Shown here one piece after another: positions 49,260 to 61,148 of a stretch of 64,000 nt of DNA. How positions within the stretch are numbered: position 1 is the first letter of the stretch; each line of letters opens with the position of its first letter. Below the pieces are notes generated by a model, which was not told the origin of the DNA, did not search any database, and saw only the letters and a list, made by a program, of their open reading frames with translations. A program made the translations under genes and the position numbers. This DNA is from Antedon mediterranea. Its lineage: Eukaryota; Animalia; Echinodermata. Where the stretch lies: assembly GCF_964355755.1 (NCBI RefSeq), contig NC_092678.1, positions 15,171,881-15,235,880 of the forward strand, written 5' to 3'.

Positions 49260-51970
49260 TTCATGAGGCGGGATCTCCGAAGAGATACTTTTATATATAT
49301 AAACAAATCAGGCAAAGAACATTAATTCTAAACCGCCCGGTGATATACTGAAATTTAATTAATTAATTTGAAACGATAAAGATGAGAAAATCTGTGAGAA
49401 TGAGAAAAAGTCGCCCCAACCGAGACTCGAACTCGGACCGCCTGCTTGATATGCAGATGTCCTAACCATTAGACCGCTGGGGCTTTCATGGTATTGTTCG
49501 AACTCGATTGGATAGCGACTCTTTAACATTCTCGGCGTGGTACGGCGGAACAGCACTAGTCCTCAGTTGTACGCACGCACACCAGAGATCAAATTGATAC
49601 GCCCTCATCTTACAGTATTTTTATTCATGAGGCGGGATCTCCGAAGAGATACTTTTATATATATAAACAAATCAGGCAAAGAACATTAATTCTAAACCGC
49701 CCGGTGATATACTGAAATGTAATTAATTAATTTGAAACGATAAAGATGAGGAAATCTGTGAGAATGAGAAAAAGTCGCCCCAATATGCAGATGTCCTAAC
49801 CATTAGACCACTGGGGCTTTCATGGTATTGTTCGAACTCGATTGGATAGCGACTCTTTAACATTCTCGGCGTGGTACGGCGGAACAGCACTAGTCCTTAG
49901 TTGTACGCACGCGCACCAGAGATCAAATTGATACGCCCTCATCTTACAGTATTTTTATTCATGAGGCGGGATCTCCGAAGAGATACTTTTATATATATAA
50001 ACAAATCAGGCAAAGAACATTAATTCTAAACCGCCCGGTGATATACTGAAATTTAATTAATTAATTTGAAACGATAAAGATGAGGAAATCTGTGAGAATG
50101 AGAAAAAGTCGCCCCAACCGAGACTCGAACTCGGACCGCCTGCTTGATATGCAGATTTCCTAACCATTAGACCACTGGGGCTTTCATGGTATTGTTCGAA
50201 CTCGATTGGATATCGACTCTTTTACATTCTCGGCGTTGTACGGCGGAACAGCACTAGTCCTCAGTTGTACGCACGCGCACCAGAGATCAAATTGATAAGC
50301 CCTCATCTTACATTATTTTTATTCATGAGGCGGGATCTCCGAAGAGATACTTTTATGTATATAAACAAATCAGGCAAAGAACATTAATTCTAAACCGCCC
50401 GGTGATATACTGAAATTTAATTAATTAATTTGAAACGATAAAGATGAGGAAATCTGTGAGAATGAGAAAAAGTCGCCCCAACCGAGACTCGAACTCGGAC
50501 CGCCTGCTTGATATGCAGATGTCCTAACCATTAGACCACTGGGGCTTTCATGGTATTGTTCGAACTCGATTGGATAGCGACTCTTTAACATTCTCGGCGT
50601 GGTACGGCGGAACAGCACTAGTCCTCAGTTGTACGCACGCGCACCAGAGATCAAATTGATACGCCCTCATCTTACAGTATTTTTATTCATGAGGCGGGAT
50701 CTCCGAAGAGATACTTTTATATATATAAACAAATCAGGCAAAGAACATTAATTCTAAACCGCCCGGTGATATACTGAAATTTAATTAATTAATTTGAAAC
50801 GATAAAGATGAGGAAATCTGTGAGAATGAGAAAAAGTCGCCCCAACCGAGACTCGAACTCGGACCGCCTGCTTGATATGCAGATGTCCTAACCATTAGAC
50901 CACTGGGGCTTTCATGGTATTGTTCGAACTCGATTGGATAGCGACTCTTTAACATTCTCGGCGTGGTACGGCGGAACAGCACTAGTCCTCAGTTGTACGC
51001 ACGCGCACCAGAGATCAAATTGATACGCCCTCATCTTACAGTATTTTTATTCATAAGGCGGGATCTCCGAAGAGATACTTTTATATATATAAACAAATCA
51101 GGCAAAGAACATTAATTCTAAACCGCCCGGTGATATACTGAAATTTAATTAATTAATTTGAAACGATAAAGATGAGGAAATCTGTGAGAATGAGAAAAAG
51201 TCGCCCCAACCGAGACTCGAACTCGGACCGCCTGCTTGATATGCAGATGTCCTAACCATTTCATGGTATTTTTCGAACTCTATTGGATAGCGACTCTTTA
51301 ACATTCTCGGCGTTGTACGGCGGAACAGCACTAGTCCTCAGTTTTACGCACGCGCACCAGAGATCAAATTGATACGCCCTCATCTTACAGTATTTTTATT
51401 CATGAGGCGGGATCTCCGAAGAGATACTTTTATATATATAAACAAATCAGGCAAAGAACATTAATTCTAAACCGCCCGGTGATATACTGAAATTTAATTA
51501 ATTAATTTGAAACGATAAAGATGAGGAAATCTGTGAGAATGAGAAAAAGTCGCCCCAACCGAGACTCGAACTCGGACCGCCTGCTTGATATGCAGATGTC
51601 CTAACCATTAGACCACTGGGGCTTTCATGGTATTGTTCGAACTCGATAGGATAGCGACTCTTTAACATTCTCGGCGTGGTACGGCGGAACAGCACTAGTC
51701 CTCAGTTGTACGCACGCGCACCAGAGATCAAATTGATACGCCCTCATCTTACAGTATTTTTATTCATGAGGCGGGATCTCCGAAGAGATACTTTTATAAA
51801 TATATACACAAATCAGGCAAAGAACATTAATTCTAAACCGCCCGGTGATATACTGAAATTTAATTAATTAATTTGAAACGATAAAGATGAGGAAATCTGT
51901 GAGAATGAGAAAAAGTCGCCCCAACCGAGACTCGAACTCGGACCGCCTGCTTGATATGCAGATGTCCTAA
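49260..51970 (-). repeat. Tandem array of a 364-bp unit (about 7.5 copies), each with a tRNA-like gene
   Basis: TTCATGAGGCGGGATCTCCGAAGAG recurs at about 49260, 49624, 49958, 50322, 50686, 51050, 51399 and 51763; units 2 and 6 carry 30- and 15-bp deletions in the tRNA part. Confidence 0.96.
50474..50545 (-). tRNA. tRNA-like gene, anticodon ATC (nominally Asp); representative copy (another at 49412-49483)
   Basis: GCCCCAG TG GTC TAATGGTTAG GAC A TCTGC ATATCAA GCAGG CGGT CCGAG TTCGAGT CTCGG TTGGGGC G: 72 nt, all four stems pair, A and B boxes intact, followed by ACTTTTT. Function in translation is not established. Confidence 0.7.
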
Positions 51971-54900
51971 TAGTGGGGAACCTAATGTTCCAAAAATCAG
52001 TTCCGTGAGATTTTAATGCTCCAGTTGAGTTTTTGGCAGTTTTTGAATCCTTAGGACTAGCAGAATTCATTGCAACTGAGGGCCAATTTCTCTCGACCCT
52101 ATTTTGGCCGCCATCTTGGATTTCAAAATGGCCCCCATTTTTTACTCAAAACTGATAGTAGCTTCTATTTTAAACCACGTACGAACGTAATTTGTGTGAT
52201 AAATCTAACAATATTATGATAGATCAATCCAATGGTACAATTTATAATAATAGCATATGGCAGCCATATTGAATTCTAAGATGGCCGCCATTAAAAACGT
52301 ATATAATGTATGTGTAGCAGACCTACCACATAGCTTTTAAACAATTCAACATTGACTTTTAATTTGATTATTTATACATCCTCTATATATCTCTTTACTT
52401 AACCTCACATTGACAGGTTAACTTCCTGTTACCTTCACTTTTCTAGCTAATGGATTTTAAGAATGTTAATGACTCTAACAGAAAACCACATTAATTCTCT
52501 TAATCCTAATTGGTCAGATGAGATGGGCCAAGCCCAATATTATCATGCACTGACCACATTATTAACACACTCTTTTCTCAACCAGCATCTTAGCTACACC
52601 GTTTATTGCATTGTCTTATCAAATATTGTATATTGTATATTTTATCTATTTATTGAGAATCCTCACTTGATTCACTTGGAATAAATTGCATAGTTTACTG
52701 TATGCAATACGCCGACAATTACTAAATATGCATTATATAGTCAGGGTCCTCGTGTATTTCCGTAGGATTTTAATGCCCAAAGTGAGATTTCACTTCTTTA
52801 ATATGGTGGTAGGATACCAAAAATGCTAGGTAGCAAATGTTCACGATCCCGTAACCATGGTAACAGCCCCAAGATCAAAATGGCGCCCAATTGGCCCTAT
52901 CTCCGTATCCCTTTGGTCTATCAACAAGATATTGGTATCAAAATACTTAGAGCGTATATTATATTTATATTCATTGTAATGGAACATTTTGACAAAATGT
53001 AATAGGAAAAGCTATTTTTCTGCACTATTGACCTTTGACCTTGACTTGCATTGTATCTAAAAAACAGATGGTCATTGGAATTTAAAAATTGCTGAGACCA
53101 TACATATTTATATTTATTGTAATGCAATATTTTGTTAGAAAATGACCGGAGGTACAGTTATTGACCTTTGACCTAATAAACATGAACTTTATGTATACAA
53201 TAAGCATTTATCTATTTGAGCATGTATCGGTAATTATTTGTGGTAAGTATTAAACAATGGGTTTATACATATTATTATTATCATTTGAATATCTAATTTC
53301 TAATTCACATACTTAGTTTTTATATATTTTATAAATATTAATCAATCAATACCATGCATTTATTGTGTCAACATCCTCGTTTACATTAAGACAGTCAAGA
53401 AGTGAGAGTGGTTGATTCTTAAACTTTTGTACCTTTCATTTTATTTCCTAATGCTTGTTTTTCTTGAAACATTTTCATATATAGAGCTTTCTCATACATT
53501 GAACTGCTGTCGGCCATACATTATTACGTGATCGTAGATGATAATTTGATTGCTTGGTTCAGTTGCTTGATTAGACGTTCCTTTGGGGTTGCTTCTTGGA
53601 TGTTTCGATATAAGAAGTAATCTTCCAATGCTAACATTGACTGCCATTTTGTAGTTATATCGCCAAGCCAAGGTATCAATTTAAGGAGTGAGATTGTTAG
53701 AAGTGACCAAGAGGTTTTTTATGTTTACAGCATTGTATGTTCCCTTCAAGCTACTAAATGTGTTTAGTTTAATTTTTTTTTTCAAGGAGTCCACAACCCG
53801 ACTCTGCTCAGAAACTTCAAAAAGCTTCAACTCCTTTTTAATATATTTCTTGACTTCATTTGAAATTATTACTAAGACAATGTTAAAAAAAGTGTTGATT
53901 TTGTTATGAATGTATTTTTATAAAATCTTAAAGTATTTGTGTGTTTTCTGTTGAATAGTGAGTTTGATGGGAAATCCAGTACGATTTCCTCATTTTGAGT
54001 AATGCCGCGCCAACAAGACCACCAACCCATTTTAACTGTGTTCCTTCTGTTCTTCTAGAGCCTGATCCGGGAAAAGAGCACTATTTAAATACAGATTTTT
54101 TTTTCTTTACATTCAAATTAATTACATTCTTTTATTTTCTATTATTTGGTCATCTACATCAAGCCAAGCTGGTTCATTATGTGAATTAGAAATTAGCTAT
54201 TCAAATGATAATAATATGTATAAACCCATTGTTTAATACCTACCACAAATAATTACCGATTATTGGATACATCAAGTTCATGTTTATTAGGTCAAAGGTA
54301 AATAAGTTTACTTCCGGTCATTTTCTAACAAAATGTTGCATTACAATAAATATAAATATGTATGGTCTCATCAATTTGAAACCATTTTTAAATTTCAATG
54401 GCCAGCCGTTTTTTAGATACAATGCAAGTCAAGGTCAAAGGTCAATAGTGCAGAAAAATAGCATTTCCCATTACCTTCCGTCAAAATGTTCCATTACAAT
54501 GAATATAAATATAATTTACGCTCCAAGTATTTTGATACCAATATCTTGTTGATAGACCATTTTTGGTATCCTAGCACCATATTAAAGAAGTGAAATCTCA
54601 CTTTGGGCATTAAAATCTTACGGAAATACACGAGGACCCTGACTATAAAATGCATACTGTACATGATATACGTTTTTAATGGAGGCCATCTTGGAATTCA
54701 ATATGGCTGCCATATGCTATTATTATAAATTGTACCATTATTATAATATTGTAAGATTTATCACACAAATTACGTTCGTACGTGGTTTAAAATAGAAGCT
54801 ACTATCAGTTTTGAGTAAAAAATGGGAGCCATTTTGAAATTCAAGATGGCTGCCAAAATAGGGTCGAGAGAAATTGGCCCCCAGTTGCAATGAATTCTGC

Positions 54901-54989
54901 TAGTCCTAAGGATTAAAAAACTGCCAAAAACTCAACTGGAGCATTAAAATCTCATGGAACTGATTTTTGGAACATTAGGTTCCCTACTA
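51971..54989. mobile_element. Foldback DNA element with long inverted arms (TAGT...ACTA termini, Academ-like)
   Basis: 51971-52305 is the reverse complement of 54665-54989, 52728-52825 of 54560-54657, and 52915-53290 of 54195-54560. Confidence 0.85.
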
Positions 54990-55105
54990 TTAGGACATCT
55001 GCATATCAAGCAGATTGATAGCAGATTTATTAGTTCGGATTGATTGTTATTTTTTATTAGTTTTTTAATAATTTAATGCCCAAAGTGAGATTTCACTTCT
55101 ACTTT

Positions 55106-55387
55106 GAGTCTAGGTTGGGGCGACTTTTTCTCATTCTCACAGATTTCCTCATCTTTATCGTTTCAAATTAATTAATTAAATTTCAGTATATCACCGGGCG
55201 GTTTCGAATTAATGTTCATTGCCTAATGTGTTTATATATATATAAAAGTATCTCTTCGGAGATCCCGCCTCGTGAATAAAAATACTGTAAGATGAGGGCG
55301 TATCAATTTGATCTTTTGTACGCGTGCGTACAACTGAGGGCTAGTGCTGTTCCGCCGTACCACGCCGAGAATGTTAAAGAGTCGCTA
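55106..55387 (+). repeat. Inverted partial copy of the 364-bp tRNA-like unit
   Basis: GAGTCTAGGTTGGGGCGACTTTTTCTC...GTTAAAGAGTCGCTAT is the reverse complement of the array unit. Confidence 0.9.
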
Positions 55388-55879
55388 TAAAAATCAAGTA
55401 CTGATACAGACTCCTCTAAATTTCCAAACAGTCTTAGACTATTTTGGACTCAAACCGTTTGACTATACGACAACTCAAATGGGCTAAACCCCAAGCAATC
55501 ATAGACCATGAATAACATCTATGATGTTATGCCATAGGTTGCGACACCTCACATGATGGAAGCATGTGTGATAATTCGAATTTTGCACAAAACCGGTTCT
55601 ACTGTCACTCTCCGGCCAAATAATTTCCAAAATGATATTGGACAAACAGGCCGAATAGCGTGAAAGAGAGAGCTAGCTAAGGCCTAGGAGTAGTATGTAT
55701 GCAGCGTGCGCGAGCGATGGAGGTGTGTGTGTGAAGAGTGCACGAAGGCAATCACGTGAATTGTGAACAACTAATGAATTATTCATGTCTATTTTGTGAC
55801 GTTTTATGAAGGATCCCCAATTTATGTACGAAATAATAATCGCGAGCAGTTATGACAGTGGAACCGTAGCCATAAAAAA

Positions 55880-56030
55880 GAAAGGGTTCGAGGCTCACTC
55901 ACTCCATGGTTCTGGTGGTAGAACGAGTCTTCTCTCTTAAGGACTATCAACCGTTGGTTCAATGTACACATCTAGCTCATGTGCACTTTAAAGAATGTAA
56001 TGCATCTTTCTATACGAGTAGAAACTGATC
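55880..56030 (+). mobile_element. tRNA-derived SINE fragment with Deu/Nin-like central domain
   Basis: B box GGGTTCGAGGC followed by TAAGGACTATCAACCGTTGGT...GTGCACTTTAAAGAA, resembling the conserved Deu/Nin SINE core. Confidence 0.5.
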
Positions 56031-56458
56031 ATAACAAACAGACGAGGGTCCGTCCTTCACTATAACTGGATAGGTACAACCATAATTAAATATTGTATTA
56101 AATACAAATAAATAAAGTTTAAAAAAATACATGGCACTTTAAAGACAGTGACAAAAATATTAGGTTTATTTTTATTATCTGACCAATAGATATCCATTAA
56201 AACATGCATAAAAGTAGTTGAAGATGTATTGTTTTTTGTTGAATATGCCATTCACTTCGACAAAAAATTGGATCGAAAAAAAAGTATTTACCTATGAAAA
56301 GTGTAAAGTAAAGCATAAAATGATAAAATTGTCTGCCAGACAATGAATAAGTGAAATCATTATTTTCTTTCGTATTTTTTTTTCTTATGCAAGTGAATAA
56401 TGTCATTAAAACTGCAAAATGGTCTATTTTTCATGATTTTGGGGCCAATACATCTTTA

Positions 56459-56853
56459 ACTAGAGGGTGCTCCGAGTGTACAAACCTCCGCCTACTGTAA
56501 AATTCTTCTACATAAAATATCCCCGGAAAATATATACATATATATATATATTTTTTTTTTTATTAGGTCCAAGTGTAAATAGGCTAACTGCACACTACAA
56601 AGTTGTGGATGAGATTTTGGTGTAATGGTTATGTATCCAGCCTCCATCCAGTTTTTTTGTTAGTTGTGACCTTAACCTATCACCTTTTCCCCTCAAAATC
56701 GAACTCGTCCGAGCTTTTGGGGAATATATCATTGTGGCCAAATTTGGTGAGAATCGGATGAAAACTGTAGTCTCCAGGCTGTTCACATACACACGCACGC
56801 AAACACGCAAACATACAGGGGTGAAAACATAACCTCCTTGGCGGATGTAATAA
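56459..56853 (-). mobile_element. Helentron/HINE-like non-autonomous element
   Basis: Subterminal inverted CCTCCGCC / GGCGGA motifs, CA-rich microsatellite and ...CTAGTT end on the minus strand; homologous to 48855-49040. Confidence 0.7.
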
Positions 56854-57149
56854 TTAATAATACTTATTATATGATAGCCAATTACCAAAAATGGTTATTG
56901 CCAAACGGCCATACATCATTGTACAACTTGGAAGCTTGTAACCATCCGATTCCTACATCTGTATCCTCTAGCTGTGTGTCGGACAATTCTAATTTAATGT
57001 GAAACTGCTTTTCTAATTAAATCTGGTACCATAATATGTTAATTTTACCATTGCTATCATCTACTAAACAGTAGCTGTTTGGTCTGGCTGTAATGTGGTT
57101 GTCTCACGCTATTTGATCTGATGTTTTTTTGATATATGATGATATCAAG

Positions 57150-59945
57150 TTATTCACATAATGCAAACATATACAAAATATAAAAGATACAAGTGGTTGG
57201 AAATTAAGTAAATAATAGTTACATTATGCCTGGAGAATACCATTTAAACCCCAAGGAGCTTTAAGCCTGGATCCACCAGAAAGAATAAAAAAGTTAAAAA
57301 TAATAATAATAAGCAAGGTGAAGGTTAGCTACTGACAGACAGGGACGGACATGTACGACGATACAAACACGACAAGGACGACAGGAAGGACAAACTGTAT
57401 TTATATGATTTGCCTAATTAAATTTAATTATAAGTTATTAATATGATCAAAATAATTAATTTAATTTTTATTTTGATATTAGATAAGATTTTTAGTTTAT
57501 TTTTAGAGTATTATTTGTTTTGCTATTAGTTATTGACGGATTAAGAGAGTTTCAGAGTAGGGGACCGGTATGTAGTATAGAGTTGAGTATTTGCTTACTG
57601 TTATAGTTTTTAGAAATGTAGTTGTTTGCGTTCCTAGTGTTATATTTGTGTAGTTTGTTATTTTTAGTGAAGAAACCGTTGAAAGTGGATGGTAGTTTGT
57701 TATTAGAGTACCTAAACATGAAGAAGGCAGTTTGCAATTTATTAATGTCAAAAATGTTTAGGGTATTTAGGGTGTGAAAAAAGAGGTTTAGAGTGGGAGA
57801 GGTATTTTGAGAGAGTGCAAATGCGAAGGGCCTTTTTTTGGAGTTTGAAAAGTTTGTCTATTTTGGTTGTTTCCGTGCTGGTCCATGGACAGAGAGTTCA
57901 ATGTTTTGAGTTAGTGGCTGCCCATGCAATGTTGCAGTAAGAGAGATGTGGAAGTATTAGAGTATTATATAAAGAAAAAAGGATGTTAGACGGAAGAGTG
58001 AATTTAAGTTTATTTAGTATGCCAATAGTTCTTGAAATTTTGTTTGATATGTTATTAATATGGAAATTCCAGTTCAGTTTATTATCAATAATTACACCAA
58101 GAAAATGGGTGTGGTCGACTGGTTTGATGGGTATATTATCGATATAGATATTTGTATTTGTAGCATTATTGTTGTTTTTATTTCCGAAAAAGTGAATTTA
58201 ATTTGTTTGCTGATGTTTAGTGAAAGCTTGTTGATTTTAAACCAGTTTGAAACGTTTCGGATTTCTCGGTTGAAAGTTTGAATTAAAGTGTTAGGATCTG
58301 GGCTGGAGAGAAAGATATTAGTGTCATCTGCAAATAGAACATAAGAGAAATAGTTTGAGGCATAAATCAGATCATTTATGTAGATTATAAAGAGAAGGGG
58401 ACCAAGAATAGAACCTTGAGGAACGCCACATTTAACAGGAAGGATGTCAGAGGAGTGAGAAATAAAAGAAGTGAATTGAATTCTGTCTTGAAGGTAGTTA
58501 GTAATTAGGGATAATAGAATTCCACGGATGCCATAGTGGTTAAGTTTAGATAAGAGGATTGAATAGTCAATAGTGTCAAAAGCTTTGGATAGGTCGAGGA
58601 ATAGGCCAATGGTGTGATGCTTTTTTGATAGTGCGACAGAAATTTTATTTTGGATGTCAAGAAGTGCGAGATCAATGGATTGTTGTAAGCGGAAGCCATA
58701 CTGGTTGTTTTGAAGAATGTTATGGGTAGAGAAGTAATGATAAAGTCTGTCATAGATAATGCGTTCTAGTATTTTAGAAAAGCAAGATAGGAGAGAGATA
58801 GGTCGATAGTTTGAGAAGGAATGTGGGTCGTTTTTTTTGAAAACGGGGATTACTTTAGCAGTTTTTAGGGAGGATGGAAAAATACCAGTAGAAAAAGAAA
58901 GATTAAAAATATGAGTAAGGGGACCGGCAATAAATGGTGCAATATCTTTTAAAACCTTAGGGTCAATGTCATCCGGCCCAGAGCTTTTGCCGTTTTTAAA
59001 TTTTGATGTGATGTCGAGAATTTCTTTGCTAGAGGTGGGGGAGAAGAAGATAGAGTCCACCGTTGGATTGTATATTTGAAGCAAGCTTGGGGCCAATTTC
59101 AGTAAAATATGGATTAAATTTGGTAGCAATTTCAATGGGATCAGTTAATTTAATGTCGTCATTTAGAAAAAATGTGGCTGTTGTCTTTTGGATGTTTTTC
59201 CCTAAGATATTATTGATTGTTTGCCATGTTTTTTTTATGTTGTTTTTGTAATTATCAAATTTATTTGTAAAATGTTGTTTACTTGAAATTCTAATCAGAT
59301 GGGTAAGTTTATTTCTGAATGTTATATAGTTGGTTTTATTGATTTGGGTAGGTGAATTTATGTATTTTTCATATAGTTTATTTCGAGTATTTGTAGATTT
59401 TATTATTCCATTTGTTATCCAAGGTTTGTTTAGTTTACGTTTATTTATTTTAATTTTTGTCCTTGGAATATTAGTATTGTATAATAAAGAAAATTTATCA
59501 TGGAATAATTTATATGATTCTTCCGCAGAGTTGTTTTCATATACCTCATTCCAGTTTGTGTTGATTAAATTGACACCTAATGATGCAATTGTTTTAGAAT
59601 TAATTTTTCTTGTGGAGTACGTATTTTGAATTTGTATCTGACGAGTATGAGAGTTAACATTGGGATTATTTGGTATTTGGAATATTGGGAAGTGATCGGT
59701 GATGTCGTTGTATAGTATACCTGGAGTAAGTTTATGGTCAAGAACATTGGAAAATATGTTGTCAATAAGGGTAGAGGATTTAGTAGTAATTCGGGTGGGT
59801 TTATCAATGAGAGGGTAAAACGATGCAGAGTACATGATGTTTACAAATTCATTAGTGGGACTATGTGTTGTATGTTTCAGAAGGTCAAGGTTAAAGTCAC
59901 CACAAACAAACGAGTGTTTTTTTATGTTTTCTGTTTTAAATATCT
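57150..59945 (-). mobile_element. 5'-truncated L2/CR1-group LINE (endonuclease C-half + RT)
   Basis: CGDFNLDLL, PTRIT..SSTLIDNIF, TDHFPIF, KPWIT, NYRPISLL, DLSKAFDTI, GVPQGSILGPLLFIIYINDL and FADDT; frameshifts at about 59050 and 58170; stem-loop-like 3' UTR near 57230-57280. Confidence 0.93.
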
Positions 59946-60090
59946 CTAACAATCTAGCTTTCCCACTTTTCATTTAGTTTCATTATCATCATCTTCGCCA
60001 TCTCCCTTTCTAATACATCTCCATTAGTGATCATCTTTTGGACAATTTTCCTATTTGCTTGAACCATTTTGATAAACTGAGCCAATGTAA

Positions 60091-60730
60091 GATCACCCGA
60101 TTCTTTGGTTGTCATCAGACTCAGTAGCCAGACTACCAGACACCTATCTAACTGTATTAAGTACTTTTAATACACGATATCTCTGTCATCAGGTTCATAT
60201 CTAGAGATCAGCTTTATTATACTGTCATGCAAGCATGGATATGCCTCAGTGTTTTCCGCCACTTTGAGGCTTTCTAGTCAATTATTGTTATTGATTATAC
60301 AAATTATGTACAGTACTTAGTTCAGTAGCTCATCTACCTTTTTTAGCAGGGTATCATGAATATCCTAGCTAGGCTAGACCTACTAGTCTGGCGGGATATC
60401 AACCAATTATTTTGGTGGTACGATTTTAGGGTAGGAAGTTACGATTTGGCATGGGTACGAGTCCACCAGGGGTTGAATCGACCAGGGTACACCCACTAGT
60501 CCTACTAGAGCATAGGCTATAGGCCTGTGGGAATGGGAAATCTAGACCGCTACTACCTAATCTGGATTTGATATTGAATACACATTTTACGTTACACATT
60601 GCTTCTAGATAGGAACCTAATAACAGAGATATCGTGTATTAAAAGTACTTAATACAGTTAGATAGGTGTCTGGTAGACTGGCTACAGTCTACAGCACTGA
60701 GTCTGATGACAGCCACAGAATCGGGTGGTC
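60091..60730. repeat. MITE-like element with about 115-bp inverted repeats
   Basis: 60091-60205 (GATCACCCGATTCT...CCTATCTAACTGTATTAAGTACTTTTAATACACGATATCTCTG) is the reverse complement of about 60602-60730. Confidence 0.8.
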
Positions 60731-61148
60731 AGATGCAATGCCTCGCGAGCTTATGAATACGTTGTAATAAGCAAGCTTTACTCCAAGCCTGGTATTATAT
60801 TTGTTCAAGAGTCGGTTATATTCGGCAAACTTTGATTTTGCAATCTGGACCGCAAAATCAGTTCAACGTTACCGGTTTCCATTTGGCTTATAAATGATCA
60901 AACTATCAAGTTATCTAAAACTTTCAGAGTTTTTTACTGCATTTCAACAAGCCTACTAATGGAGTATAGGTATTCATGTTTTCAGTTGTTACATTATATA
61001 ACAGTATTTCATTTTATTATTTATTCGGTCTATTTCAATATAATTATATATGGGTCAACCTAAGTGAACTTAATCACTGTAGCGGAGCCGGTTGACCCAA
61101 TGTTATGTATAAGACTCATTATATTTGATGTTTATGACTTCTTCACAG

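Noticed and set aside
49359-52070. Repeated 65-aa ORF MLFRRTTPRMLKS...
   Set aside because: GTG-initiated reading through the tRNA-like repeat; repetition reflects the array, not coding constraint.
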